A stretch of DNA of 64,000 nt from assembly GCA_951406725.2 (NCBI GenBank), contig OX597829.1, forward strand, positions 38,006,001-38,070,000, written 5' to 3'. Source of the DNA: Octopus vulgaris (lineage: Eukaryota). The translations under genes and the position numbers were made by a program. The notes under the pieces are model-generated. The model ran no database searches, had not been told where the DNA came from, and saw nothing but the letters and a program-made list of their open reading frames with translations. Below, piece by piece: positions 14,901 to 27,832 of this stretch (within the stretch, counting starts at the first letter, position 1; each line of letters starts with the position of its first letter).

Positions 14901-17900
14901 AACTGCTGCCACCCACCTTTATATAATGCAAACAACCATGTATCACTTGTACCATAAGACACCTGTTTCTGTCCCTGTATCATACATTAACTTCTGAACA
15001 CCTGGTATAAAGCCAACTCCCTCTCTATGACAACCCCATGCAGTTGAGGGAGCTTTTATTTTTGTCTTGCAAGTTATGTGGTGACCTCACTACAGCTGTT
15101 GCCATGAAAAACAAAAGCACCCAGTACACTCTGTAAAGTATTTAACATTAGAGAAGGCATGCATTGTAGAAACCATGTCAGAGCAAACAGTGGTCCATGA
15201 TGCAATCCACACATTCATTGGATCCTGTCAAATCAGCCAACCCATGTCAGCAAAGAAGACAGACATTAAATGATAATGATGTTGTGTGAGGACACCATGG
15301 GAGATCATTAGTAGATAAGAGACGATTGTGGCATCTTTTGATGACTTAAAGCATGTACTGATTAGAGCAAGGGAATTATCAGAATGCTTGCACCCACTAC
15401 ACTCACGGAGTGGTTGGCGTTAGGAAGGGCATCCAGCTGTAGAAACACTGCCAGATCAGACTGGAGCCTTGTGCAGCCTCCTGGCTTCCCAGACCCCGGT
15501 CAAACCGTCCAACCCATGCTAGCATGGAAAACGGACGTTAAACGATGATGATGATGATGATGATGATGTAATAACTACATCTGGATGTGAGAGAAATTGG
15601 TTTCAGATTTTGGCACAAGGCCAGGAAGTTTTGGGGGAAGGGTTAAGTCGATTACATCGACCCCCAATGCTTGAATGGTACTTACTTTATTGAGCCTGAA
15701 AAAGATGAAAGGCAAAGTCAACCTCAGCGGGTAAAGATGGACAAAATGCTCTCTAGTTATTCTGCCACAGGTGCTAACAATTCAGCCAGCTCGCTGCCAG
15801 GAGAAATTAAGCTGTTACGTTTTCATTTTTGTTATATTATTTTGTGTCTACAGAAGGTTTTTCCACATTTTTATGGAAACTTGCATATTTATTGTTATTT
15901 CTCAAATCCCTTTTGAAGAATGGAAAGCAAAGTTGACTCTCACCAGAATTGAAGCAAAGTGTAGATGATCATAACTAAATACTGTTAGGCATTTTCTTTT
16001 CAAAAGTGTACAAGTGGGTGGGGGGGAGAATGTGCCATTGCAGTGTGTTGCTGAATTCACTATTTGTTAGTATATTTCTGGGACCTCCCTGCTGATCCAT
16101 TGAGCAGAATCCCAGTCAGTTATCTCCATGAGATACCTCCTCATCTGCTGTGGCTATGTGACATGTGGTTGACCAACATGAGCCATCAACCCAGCGGGAT
16201 CCTCAGTGAAGAAAACATGGGTGACCAGGCTCTAACTTGGAAAATCAAGCAAAATGACTAAACAGTCTGAGTGGTAGAGACTAAGAAAAGAGGACTGCTT
16301 TAATCTTCTTCCTTTTAAACTCCTAATTTTTTTTTTTCTTGACATCCTCGGTGTGCAGAATATCATTGGTGTCTATTAAACATATCTAGCTTAATTGTAG
16401 ACACTGCTTTCAGCAAGTTAATCCTTATGTGTATAAAATTCTTATGATAGTGAATTAATATTTTGTTTCTCATCTACTGATAAGAATCAAATAGCTGTAG
16501 ACCTGTCCTTTGTCTTGAAGCGCTGATAGGGATAAAGTAATTAAATAAGTAAATCACTTACTTGATAACGAGTGCCATCTGGGTCAGAATCATCTGAAAC
16601 ATTCAGATGTATCATATCCAAAACTCTGCAATATAAAATTTGATTTAACATTATATTATGCACACAAACACATATAATGTATGTATGAATATGTGTATGT
16701 GTGTGTATACACATACACAGTTTGTGTTTATGTTGTGGTGCAACAACATAAAACTATTTGATACAATCTTTCAATGAAATTGTGTAACATTATGTTAATT
16801 CATGTCAGATAAAAGGCAATTAAAAAATAAGAACCATGGTTTCATTCATCTGATTGATTCTTTATGTCAGTACATTTGGAAATAATAAGATGATTCTAGA
16901 AAGTATAACAGATCTTTTGCCCTCAGTCATGTATCATCTTCGGAATTCACTGATTGATGTGTAATTTTACTGCACTTAAATAATAGGATACAAATGAGCT
17001 GAGAAATTAATTTCTTATAAGAGGAATCAGATGCAGTATACAAGAGGGAAGAAGCAAGATCTGGTACAGACAGGTGACGTGTGTGGAGGATGAAAGGTGG
17101 GTAAAGAAGTGCGAAGTGAGCAAAACAGAAGGAACCCTTTAGAAAGGGAAGAAGCAGGAAATTATAGGAAAAAGTTCATGAGGGTTGATCTCAGGGGCTT
17201 GAAAGAACTGCATAGAAGAGATGAAAAAGGACCAAAAATGGTGAGAAGCTGAGCTGGAAAAGAAACATCCTACTCATGCAAACACATAAAAACATGCAAA
17301 ACAATGATGATGTGTGTATGTATTTCTTTTATTCTTTTACTTGTTTCAGTCATTTGACTGTGGCCAGGCTGGAGCACCGCCTTTATAGTCGAGTAAATCG
17401 ACCCCAGAGCTTATTCTTTGTAAGCCTAGTACTTATTCTATCGGTCTCTTTTGCCGAACTGCTAAGTTACAGGGAAGTAAACACACCAGCATTGGTTGTC
17501 AGGCGATGCTGGGAGGACAAACACAGACACACAAACATATACACACACATATATATATATACAACGGGCTTCTTACAGTTTCCGTCTACCAAATCCACTC
17601 ACAAGGCTTTGGTCGGCCCGAGGCTATAGCAGAAGACACTTGCCCAAGGTGCCACGCAGTGGGACTGAACCAGGGACCATGTGGTCAGTAAGCAAGCTAC
17701 TTATCACACAGCCACTCCTATGTAAACACACACACACAATGTCTGACTGATGAAAGTATCGAAAAGGGGATCTTAAACAATGATGGCAGATAAATAGATA
17801 TGTAGGTAAAATAGATAGTCAGACAGACAAACGATACATATATAAGTTAAAAAAAAAAAATAGAGCAATAGGAGTGGGTGAGGGAAGGGAACCTCCATAT

Positions 17901-20900
17901 TTCCTATACATAAAATTACAAACAAATAAACTGACCTTAAAGCAATCTCAGCAAGTTGTGCAATATTTTCAGCATAAGCAGCACGAACAAGAGTAACTGT
18001 ATCTTGTGTTAGAGGTGACTGAAAGAAATTGATATCAAACAATGATTTTAAATAAATACATACCAAATCAAAATCAAAATCAAAATCGATCAACATCAAT
18101 GGAAATTGTAGCTGTGATACCAGTGCCGGTGGCACGTAAGAGAACCATCTGAATGTGGCCGTTGCCAGCGCCGCCCCGACTGGCCTCCGTGCCGGTGGCA
18201 TGTAAAAAGCACCATCCGATCGTGGCTGTTTGCCAGCCTCGTCTGGCACCTGTGCAGGTGGTACGTAAAAAGCACCCACTACACTCACGGAGTGGTTGGC
18301 GCTAGGAAGGGCATCCAGCCATAGAAACATTGCCAGATCAGACTGGGCCTGGTGCAGCCTCCTGGCTTCCCAGACCCCAGTTGAACTGTCCAACTCATGC
18401 TAGCATGGAAAACGGACGTTAAACGATGATGATGATGACATACAATGTCTGGTTGATATTTTCATGTTCTAAAATGACAAATTTTTAAGCTAAATTGTTA
18501 AACCTTATTATATATTTGTATTCTTGCATGCTGAATACTGCATCTTTGAATACACTTACACTGCATTTTTTCATGTAGTAACAATTTTGAAGACAAGAAC
18601 AATTTAAAAGAAAGAGTATAGTGGATTATATCAACTGCAGTAGGTTTACACATACATACATCATACATACACACATCCATCCATCCACATCATCATCCAG
18701 AGTTTTAAATCTGGGTTTTGTCTGTGTTAATGGGGGTGGCCAAATCTACCTCAATGCCATAGAATCTGCCCTCACACCATTTCGCCTGGTTTTGGGCATC
18801 CTCCCTTTTAAAGCCAACCCTCCCAATCTCCTCCATCTGTCCCCTTGACATTTTCCTCGGTCTACCTTGCTTTCACAGTCCATTTACCTCAAACACAATC
18901 ACCCTCCTCAGAACATGCTCCTCATCCCTCCTCAACACATGCCCATACCATTGCACTCCCTTTGCCCTTGCCAGCCATTCCCCCGATTCCTCCAACCCCA
19001 GCATCCCCATCAAGTTTTAACAGGTAGATAACTTGGTGGTTCCTGCCTCATTTCTATGTTTTGTTGACCATAGGTTTTCCGGAAAGTAGCTCTTCCGTTT
19101 TGGAATGCTTCCTTTTTAACCCATATAAGTAGCAACACACCTAACACACCCTCTAAACAGGGTGAGAGAACGAGACATTTTAGTTGCCAACCAACTGACA
19201 ATGAAACATGCAATACAGGGTTAGGTTGTAACAGTAGCATGGTAAAAATGACTTGACATGTGTGTTGGGGGGGGGACTCTCTAATCTTTGGAAGCAATCC
19301 CACAATTGCTAATTTCACAATAAATCTGTCAAGGGCATTCTGTAAAGTGGTTGGTGAATGCAGAATCAAGATGATTTTTGGCCTTGCCAAGGACATGGTA
19401 ATCTCTTTAATGTTGGTGCCAAGGTAAATTGCATCCAATACAGTCTATAAAGTGGTAGTCATTAGCAAGGATATCCAGCTATAGAAACCAGGACAAAAAT
19501 GAAACAGCAGCAAGATGTGGTCTTCTGATTTGTCTAGATGAGCAGTATCTCCAAATAAGAGAAGACTTGAACTGTGGGATCGTGTTTAACTGACACCAGT
19601 ATGGAAAGAAGATTGTAAAAGTGATAAGGAAGATTTTATGTGTTGTGTGTGTGTGTGTGTGTAGATAGACAAACAGACAGGTAGGTATGTAAGTAGATAG
19701 ATAGATGCATACATATGTACACACACACACATATAATCAATCTTTTAAATTTACTCCTGCTTATAAATCATAGCTGTTTACAAAATTTTGCTGTATAACA
19801 AAAGAAAAACTTTGCTGATAATCTATTTAATACAAACTAACTTCCTTACATATTTAAACACAAACACACATGCACATATAAACATATCTCTCTATAAAAT
19901 TGCTTGTAAACTACATCTTAAAATGATGAGAAAATATATACATGTTCCAGAGTCGAAATGCAAGTAAATATATAGTCAGTTTACTGTCAATAGACAGTAC
20001 AGTGAAACAATTATTGCTCGTTACCAGCATCACCTTACTGGCACTTGTGCCTGTGCTAGTAAGGTGCCAAGAGCACCATCAGAGCGTGATCGTTGCCAGA
20101 GCAGCCAACTGGCTCCATGCCGGTGGTACGTAAAAGGGCAACATTCGAGCGTGATCGTTACCAACGTCGCTTTACTGGCACCTGTGCCGGTGGAATGTGT
20201 AAAAAGATTCGAGCGAGGTCATTGTCAGTACCTCCTGACTCGCACCCACTACACTCTTGGAGTGGTTGGCATTAGGAAGGGCATCCAGCTGTAGAAACTC
20301 TGCCAGATCAAGACTGGAGCCTGGTGCGGCTGCCTGGTTCGCCAGTCCTCAGTCAAAATCGTCCAACCCATGCTAGCATGAAAAGCAGACGTTAAACGAT
20401 GATGATGATGATGAGAGAAAATATTGCAAAAATAGGGTAAAGCAGCTGAATGCAGTCATGCCCAAATGTATTAACCATATCACTGACTCATCTTGAGGCT
20501 GTCTATCAGTCTTAATACACATTTATGTCAGCTGAATGGAGGGGTGGTATGTAAAATGAAGTGCTTTACACAAGGAATTGAACATATGACCTTATGATTG
20601 AAAGCCGAGTTGCTTAACCATTAGGTCACATGCCTTCTCAATTAACACTGAGCATATCCTCAAAATCTATTTTATTTAACTGATAGGAGTAAATTAAAAT
20701 GTCAGAATACTTACTAGATATGGAAATATATATTCGGGAAATATATTCGCATCGCTGAAACAAAAGAAGACAAGGCAAGAAATAGTATTAACAGATTTGG
20801 AAACTTTATCTTTGTTAATTTAATTTTGTGAATGTTTCACCAAAAAGAACAATAAACATATTACTACTTTTAGAGGTCGTTAGCAAGTCAATTACAGGTT

Positions 20901-21185
20901 ATAGCTACAAAATTTAACTCATTAATTAGAGAGTTAATGAATTTCATTTATCTTTTGTCTTTTACATTTTGTTTCAGTCATTAGACTGCGGCTAGGGTTC
21001 AGTTGAACAAATTGACCCCAGGACTTATTTTTTTCCTTAAGCCAGGTATCTATTACAGCAGTCCCTTTTGTCAAACCACTAAGTTACGGGGGAGGTTGAC
21101 AAACTAACCCCTGTCATCAGGAAGTGATGGGGGACAAACACAGACACAAAGATGCACATACATAGACACACACACACATACATAC

Positions 21186-21216
<31 letters not shown>

Positions 21217-24200
21217 TGTATGTAATGGGCTTCTTTCAGTTTCCATCTACCAAATCTGCTCACAAAGCTTTGGCTGGCCTAGGAATATAGAAGGCACTTG
21301 CCAAAAGTATCACACAGTGGTACTGAACCTGAAACCATGTGGTTGGGAAGCAAACTTCTTACCACGCAACCATGCCTGCATCTATCTGAGATGTCACTTT
21401 TTTGCATATTTTTTTTATCAAAGGAAAATAATTGTTTCTAATATAGGCAAAAGGCCAGAAATTTATTGGAAGCAGGTTATTTAAAGAAGAAGAAAAAAAA
21501 AAAAGAAAGAAAAGTGTCCTTATCATACAGAAACCAACAAACAGCTTGGATTATTCTTCCAGCCAAGGGAATTTTTGCCATGGAAATTTAACCAGGTATA
21601 AATTATAGGCAAATCATTCTGAAATCACATTTACAAAAAAGGGCACACCGACAAGATGTTGAATCAACTCTTTAGTGTTTAAATCAGCCATATACAGTCC
21701 AAATATTCTATTTTATGCTCAAACTGACCATAACTAGCTTCTCACACTTAACCTACAATGTCATTCTAAAAATAAATAATCACATCATTGAAATCTCAAA
21801 GCTACAAGGTAATGAATCATCATCATCATCGTTTAGCGTCCGCTTTCCATGCTAGCATGGGTTGGACGGTTCAACTGGGGTCTGGGAAGCCAGAAGGCTG
21901 CGCCAGGCCCAGTCTGATTTGGCAATGTTTCTATGGCTGGATGCCCTTCCTAATGCCAACCACTCCGAGAGTGTAGTGGGTGCTTTTTACGTGCCACTGG
22001 CACAGGTGCCAGACAAGGTTGGCAAACGGCTCGATCGGATGGTGCATTTTACGTGCCACCGGCACGGAGGCCAGGCAAGGCTGGCAACGGCCACAATCGG
22101 ATGGTGCTTTTGAATGTTTAATTAAAAACAATGATTAATTCAAATTAGCACATTTGACTGAATAATCTGAATGCTAAAGGGTTGACGACAATTTGTGGAT
22201 TCTGCCAATGACCAAAAGATGGTATGGTTTGCTGTTGTTGGTTTTCATGAGTAAACCCTGACTGGGCACACTTGTGATTTAAATGGTTCAAGAAAGTCTA
22301 AACATGATTATCTTACATTATTTATATTTGACGGATAACTGTCCTCATCTTGTTTGTTGTTAACACAACGTTTCGGCTGATTAGACCCTCCAGCCTTCAT
22401 CAGGTGTCTTGGGGAAATTTCGAGCCTGGGTTCTCATTCCTAAGGTATTTTTCAATGTTATTATTATTATTATTATTCAGGTCACTGCCTGGAATTGAAC
22501 TCGGAATCTTGGGGTTAGTAGCCTGCGCTCTTAACCACTACGCTATATGCCCACAAGCGCATTATCTTACTATTTTCCTAATGTAACTAAGAATACGTTA
22601 TCTAATGTATTCTTACGTTTTTTTTTTAAGACAATAGAGGGATATTTGGCTGCTAATTCTAATGGGTTCAGCTGATATGAAGGGACCTGTTTGTTAGCTC
22701 AAGAAGATAACACTTTTGATACCAATCCACCTAAGACCATTCTTGGTTCTTTGATACAAACTTCCTGTTTTAAAGTGATCCAAAACCTTCTACCAAAATT
22801 TTATGCTAATTGATGTTACAAATACAAGATTAATAATGACAGTTGTTTTCAAAATGAATTGAAACAAAGGCAGTGTGTTTCAACAAAAATATAGTCGTGA
22901 AAGGCGGTGAGCTGGCAGAAACGTTAGCACGCCGGGTGAAATGCGTAGCTGTATTTCGTCTGCCTCTACGTTCTGAGTTCAAATTCCGCCGAGGTCGACT
23001 TTGCCTTTCATCTTTTTGGGGTCGATAAATTAAGTACCAGTTACACACTGGGGTCGATATAATGGACTTAATCTGTTTGTCTGTCCTTGTTTGTCCCCTC
23101 TATGTTTAGCCCCTTGTGGGTAGTAAAGAAATAGGTATTTCGTCTGCCGTTACGTTCTGAGTTCAAATTCCGTCAAGGTCAACTTTGCCTTTCATTCTTT
23201 CGGTGTCGATAAGTTAAGTACGAGTTACGCACTGGGGTCGATATAATCGACTCAATCCATTTGTCCCTCTATGTTTAGCCCCTAGTGGATGGTAAAGAAA
23301 TAGGTATTTTGTCTGCCGTTACGTTCTGAGTTCAAATTCCACCAAGGTCGACTTTGCCTTTCATCCTTTCGGTGTTGATAAATTAAGTACCAGTTAGGCA
23401 CTGGGGTCGATATAATCGACTTAATCCGTTTGTCTGTCCCTTCTATGTTTAGCCCCTTGTGGGTAATAAAGAAACAAAAATATAGTCATGAAAGAGTTAA
23501 TTAACATGGGTAGTAAACAGAGATGAGTGTAAAATTCCAGATATTCCTTAAGGTGGACAACAAAGTTGTACAATACTTTAAATAAGGGATCTATAATAGT
23601 ACAAAACACCAACAGAAGAATCATACCTCAAATGCTTCAGTTTACTTAAAACACATTGTAGCAGTGACAATGAATACAATGAAACAGATGATTCTTAAAG
23701 ATAAATATGTTGATTTACAAACCTTTTTGGAACTGACTTGAGATTGGACAAACATTTTACAATAGTTCTCAGAGTATCAGCTCGCACTCGTGGAAATGGA
23801 TCTTCAGCTAAACAAAGCTGGATTAGGAAAAGAAGAAAATTAATGAAAAATTTCAGTCAATTTTAAGTGGTACAGATGTTTTAAATCGTATTTTACAATA
23901 AAAAAAACAAAACAGACAAAAGTAATGAATTTCTATATAATATTGTCACTTTTCAAAATACAAACAATTGAACTGCACATGCAAATACAACAATAAAATA
24001 TAAAAGTCTCCAAAATGGGTGAATATTTAATTTTTACATAAAGGGGAGGGGCATTGTTGATTTTATTAACTCCAGTACTTGACTGGTACTTGATTTTATT
24101 GAGCCCAAGAAAAAGGAAAGCAAAGTTAATTTTTGCATAATTTGAACTTAGAACATAAAGTTTAGTATGCAGTGAAATGTTAGAATATGGGACAATACTT

Positions 24201-26113
24201 TGAATTACTTGCTTTGGATTTTTGTGCTTTGACCCTACTGAGGCCAGCTTTACCTTTTATATTTTTGGTGGGGTCAATATAATATAGTCCCTGTCCAGGA
24301 AAATAACTGGCAGACATGTCGGAACATTGAACAAGATGTATTTCAGTATATATTCCAGCATTTAGCATTCTGAGGTGGTTTTGGTAGAAGACTTAAGCAA
24401 TACTCAGTCTAATATAATCAAAACCCAATTAAGCAATACCCAGTCTATCACCTGGTTCTTAGGTACCTTAAGCAGAATTCATCAGAGTCCACTGATTTGA
24501 CAGGCATTTGAATCAGGTTCCTGGTTTGACTGTAACTTCCACCCTTCCTCCCATCAACCTACAAAGCCCCGAGAGAATAATGGATATTCATGGGATGGCC
24601 CTTCCTTCTCTAACTAAATAGTAAAAACAAGGGAGCGTTGAAAGGCGAGTTACAAGGAATGTGATATGGAAGAGGAGAGAAGTTTCTGCTGAAAACAAAA
24701 TTTCTTACCATTAAAGGTAAAAGTCGATCTAGAATGATTTCTGCAGTGACATGTTGAGATATTTCAAGGAGCAATTCAAGAGCAGTTGATTTGGAACTGG
24801 CAAACTGTAAAAGACATTAATAAGACAAAATAAATCTTGGATAGCAGTTAGTGTCATCCGAAAGTGTTGTCTGCTACATTTTTTTTGCAGGTCATGATGA
24901 GTAAGATGATATATAAAAGTGTCAGAATACATTTTTGTGTCATGAGAGCCTCTCAATTACCAAGATATCCACCAAATACCAAGAGAATACCCTCCATCAG
25001 GCATTTGCCATATTCTGAATGCCTTACTTCCCTGGGCATGGACATATTGAAACTCCGACATCTGGTAGCTGACTTGGCAGACACCCATAAAATTATTAGC
25101 CATCTTACAAACAATAACTGAGCACCTTTTCAAACTCCACCTGTCTAACACCCGTGGACATGTTTACAAAGTCAGAAAACAGCACAGCTCCCATGACTTT
25201 CGGAAACATTTTTTCACGCTAAGAGTTGCTGAAGCATGGAACAAACTGCGGACATCAGTTGTTAGTTGTCAGAGCACTGCATCCTTCAAAACTTCCATGC
25301 TTCCTGAGATTCGCCAACACTACACCTGATTTTCTCCCCTCCATACACACGCAAGCATGTATCTGACTCATACACTGTTCACTTTCCAGACATTTGTACA
25401 TTACTGCATATACTTTATACGCACTTTTGACAAGTTGTGGTGCACCTGAGCACTGTATACAATAATTTCATTACTATATTATAAATATAGTGAATATCTT
25501 TGGAATGGACTGTTGCATATCAGTTATCTCATACATGTACGCATGCACACAGGGATCATAATCAGTACCAAAGTCTAGATATGACTACGTTGAACCTAAG
25601 ACATTAATCAGCTCTGATCACTGTACAGCAGTAGTCTACTACTTGCTTTTTCAGAGATTTGTAGGAGAACTTGGTCTTAGCACTGTGAAACATTTAACAC
25701 TTGCGTTCTTCATACACGACTTCTGTGCAACGAGGCTATGAGTTGTATGTGGTACCTATTTATAGAAAAGTGGACAACAGCAATATGAACTGCTGCATTG
25801 TTATCATCATCGTTTAACGTCCGCTTTCCATGCTAGCATTTTATTAACTTGGCAAAACATTTTCTATATGAGTATATGTGAGTGCATGTGCATGTGCACA
25901 TGAGACAGAGACAAAAGGATTGGCGGTGGGGGATTCAGAATCAGAGAAAGAGCAAGAGAGGTAATGCTTCTCTCTTCAAGGAAACATTGATGTAAATCAA
26001 GTAAAATGGTTTTAATTAGAAATTGAAATCAAATTACCGGGAATCGACTTACACCTTTAACCATAAAAAAGAACATTCGTTTCTGTTTTTCAGAAGGCAC
26101 ACAAATTTATGTA

Positions 26114-26146
<33 letters not shown>

Positions 26147-26160
26147 CTCTCTCTCTCTCC

Positions 26161-26209
<49 letters not shown>

Positions 26210-27389
26210 CATATATATCAGACTGTTTATGCCATTCCAAAGCATGCTGTCAGTATAAATGAAATAAACTGACCATAACCCTTTCAGTATTTAGACTGGC
26301 CATATCCAGTTTAAATATTCTAACTGTGTATGTTTTGTAACTGGACAGAATTGGCCTCTCACACCTACCCTACAATCCTATTCTAAAAATAAACAGTCAC
26401 ATCTTCAACATCTCAAAGCTACAAGATAATACGTGATTAATTCAAAATAAAGTGAATTAACCCTTTCATTCCCAACCCGGCTGAAACTGGCTCTGATTAC
26501 AAATGTCTTGTTTTCATAAGTTTTGTATTAATATCTTCCACCAAACCTTAGTCACAATTTATGTGCTTAACACCAGCTTAATTATAACTAAGTTATTTTA
26601 CTAAATTCTTTGTTATATTTAAAGTAATTGAAAGAAACACAGAGCATCTCAAAAGAAATACAGTAACGAAAGGGTTAATAAGCATTTGACAGAGTAAAGG
26701 GTTATGTACGAGCCAAAATTATTTGATAGAGACGACTCACATGAAATCTGTCACCTGTTCTATGGCAATAGTAACTATAATAGGAATGTAATTGACATTG
26801 ACTGATACCTGTAGACTCCGAAGACTGGAACCAACAAGACTGATGATCAAAACCAACCCAGTGTTTTCTTCAGGTGTTGATTTCAAGACATTTAAATGGC
26901 CAAATATCATTGGAAGTTCTTTTTTTATTCTGAAGAAATAATAATAATAATAACAATAAAAATTTAAAAAATGATAATAATGATGATGATGATGATGATG
27001 ATGATAACAATAATAATAATAACAATAAAAATAATAATAATAATGGTTTCAAATTTTGCCACAAGAGTAGCAATTTTGGGGGAGGGGATAAGTCGATTTC
27101 ACTGACCCCAGTGTTTCAATGGTACTTAATTTATTGACCCTGAAAGAATGAAAGGCAAAGTCGATCTTGGCAGAACATAGCAATGGGCGAAACACCACTA
27201 AGCATTTCATCCAGCATGCTAACGATTCTGCCAGCTTGCCGTCTTAGATAATAATAATAATAATTTCACATACTCTGTATCATAGCTAATCATAAATAAT
27301 GACCACAGTAAAACATCCAGCTTGCTGTTACTTGAGGTCTCTGGGTGAAACTTTGAACAACTTGTATAAAACAAAGCAACAGTAATGTA

Positions 27390-27429
<40 letters not shown>

Positions 27430-27783
27430 GTTTCAAATTTTGCCATGTGGGCAGCCATTTTTGGGGAAAATTCTAACTGGGCCCTCACCTGTAAGGTCAT
27501 GCATTGTTTATCTTGATATGAAATCACTATGACATAGACACATGATTGTAGTGTTTGTACCTGGTGTACCCTTATCAGATGGGTAGTCATGACGGGTATA
27601 TTGGGCTTTGCATATGTGTACCCCAGTGTCACTTTGATGGCATGTGCTGCTCTCTCACTTAATAATAATAATAATAATAATAATGATAATAATAATAATA
27701 ATAGAACTTCCAACTTGTCTCTTGAGGTCTCTGGGTCAGACTTGGAGCCAGCTTGTGCAAATGTAAAGCAAAAGTCAAACATA

Positions 27784-27832
<49 letters not shown>

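Noticed and set aside
17745-17775. CTGATGA...GAAA hammerhead-like spacing
   Set aside because: No stem I, II or III pairing.
17773-18393. 206-aa ORF
   Set aside because: Chimera of an RTE-tail repeat, intron sequence and PIK3R4 exon 13; only the exon is coding.
22480-22552. Possible tRNA gene
   Set aside because: Acceptor and anticodon stems pair poorly and it is the head of a TSD-flanked repeat.
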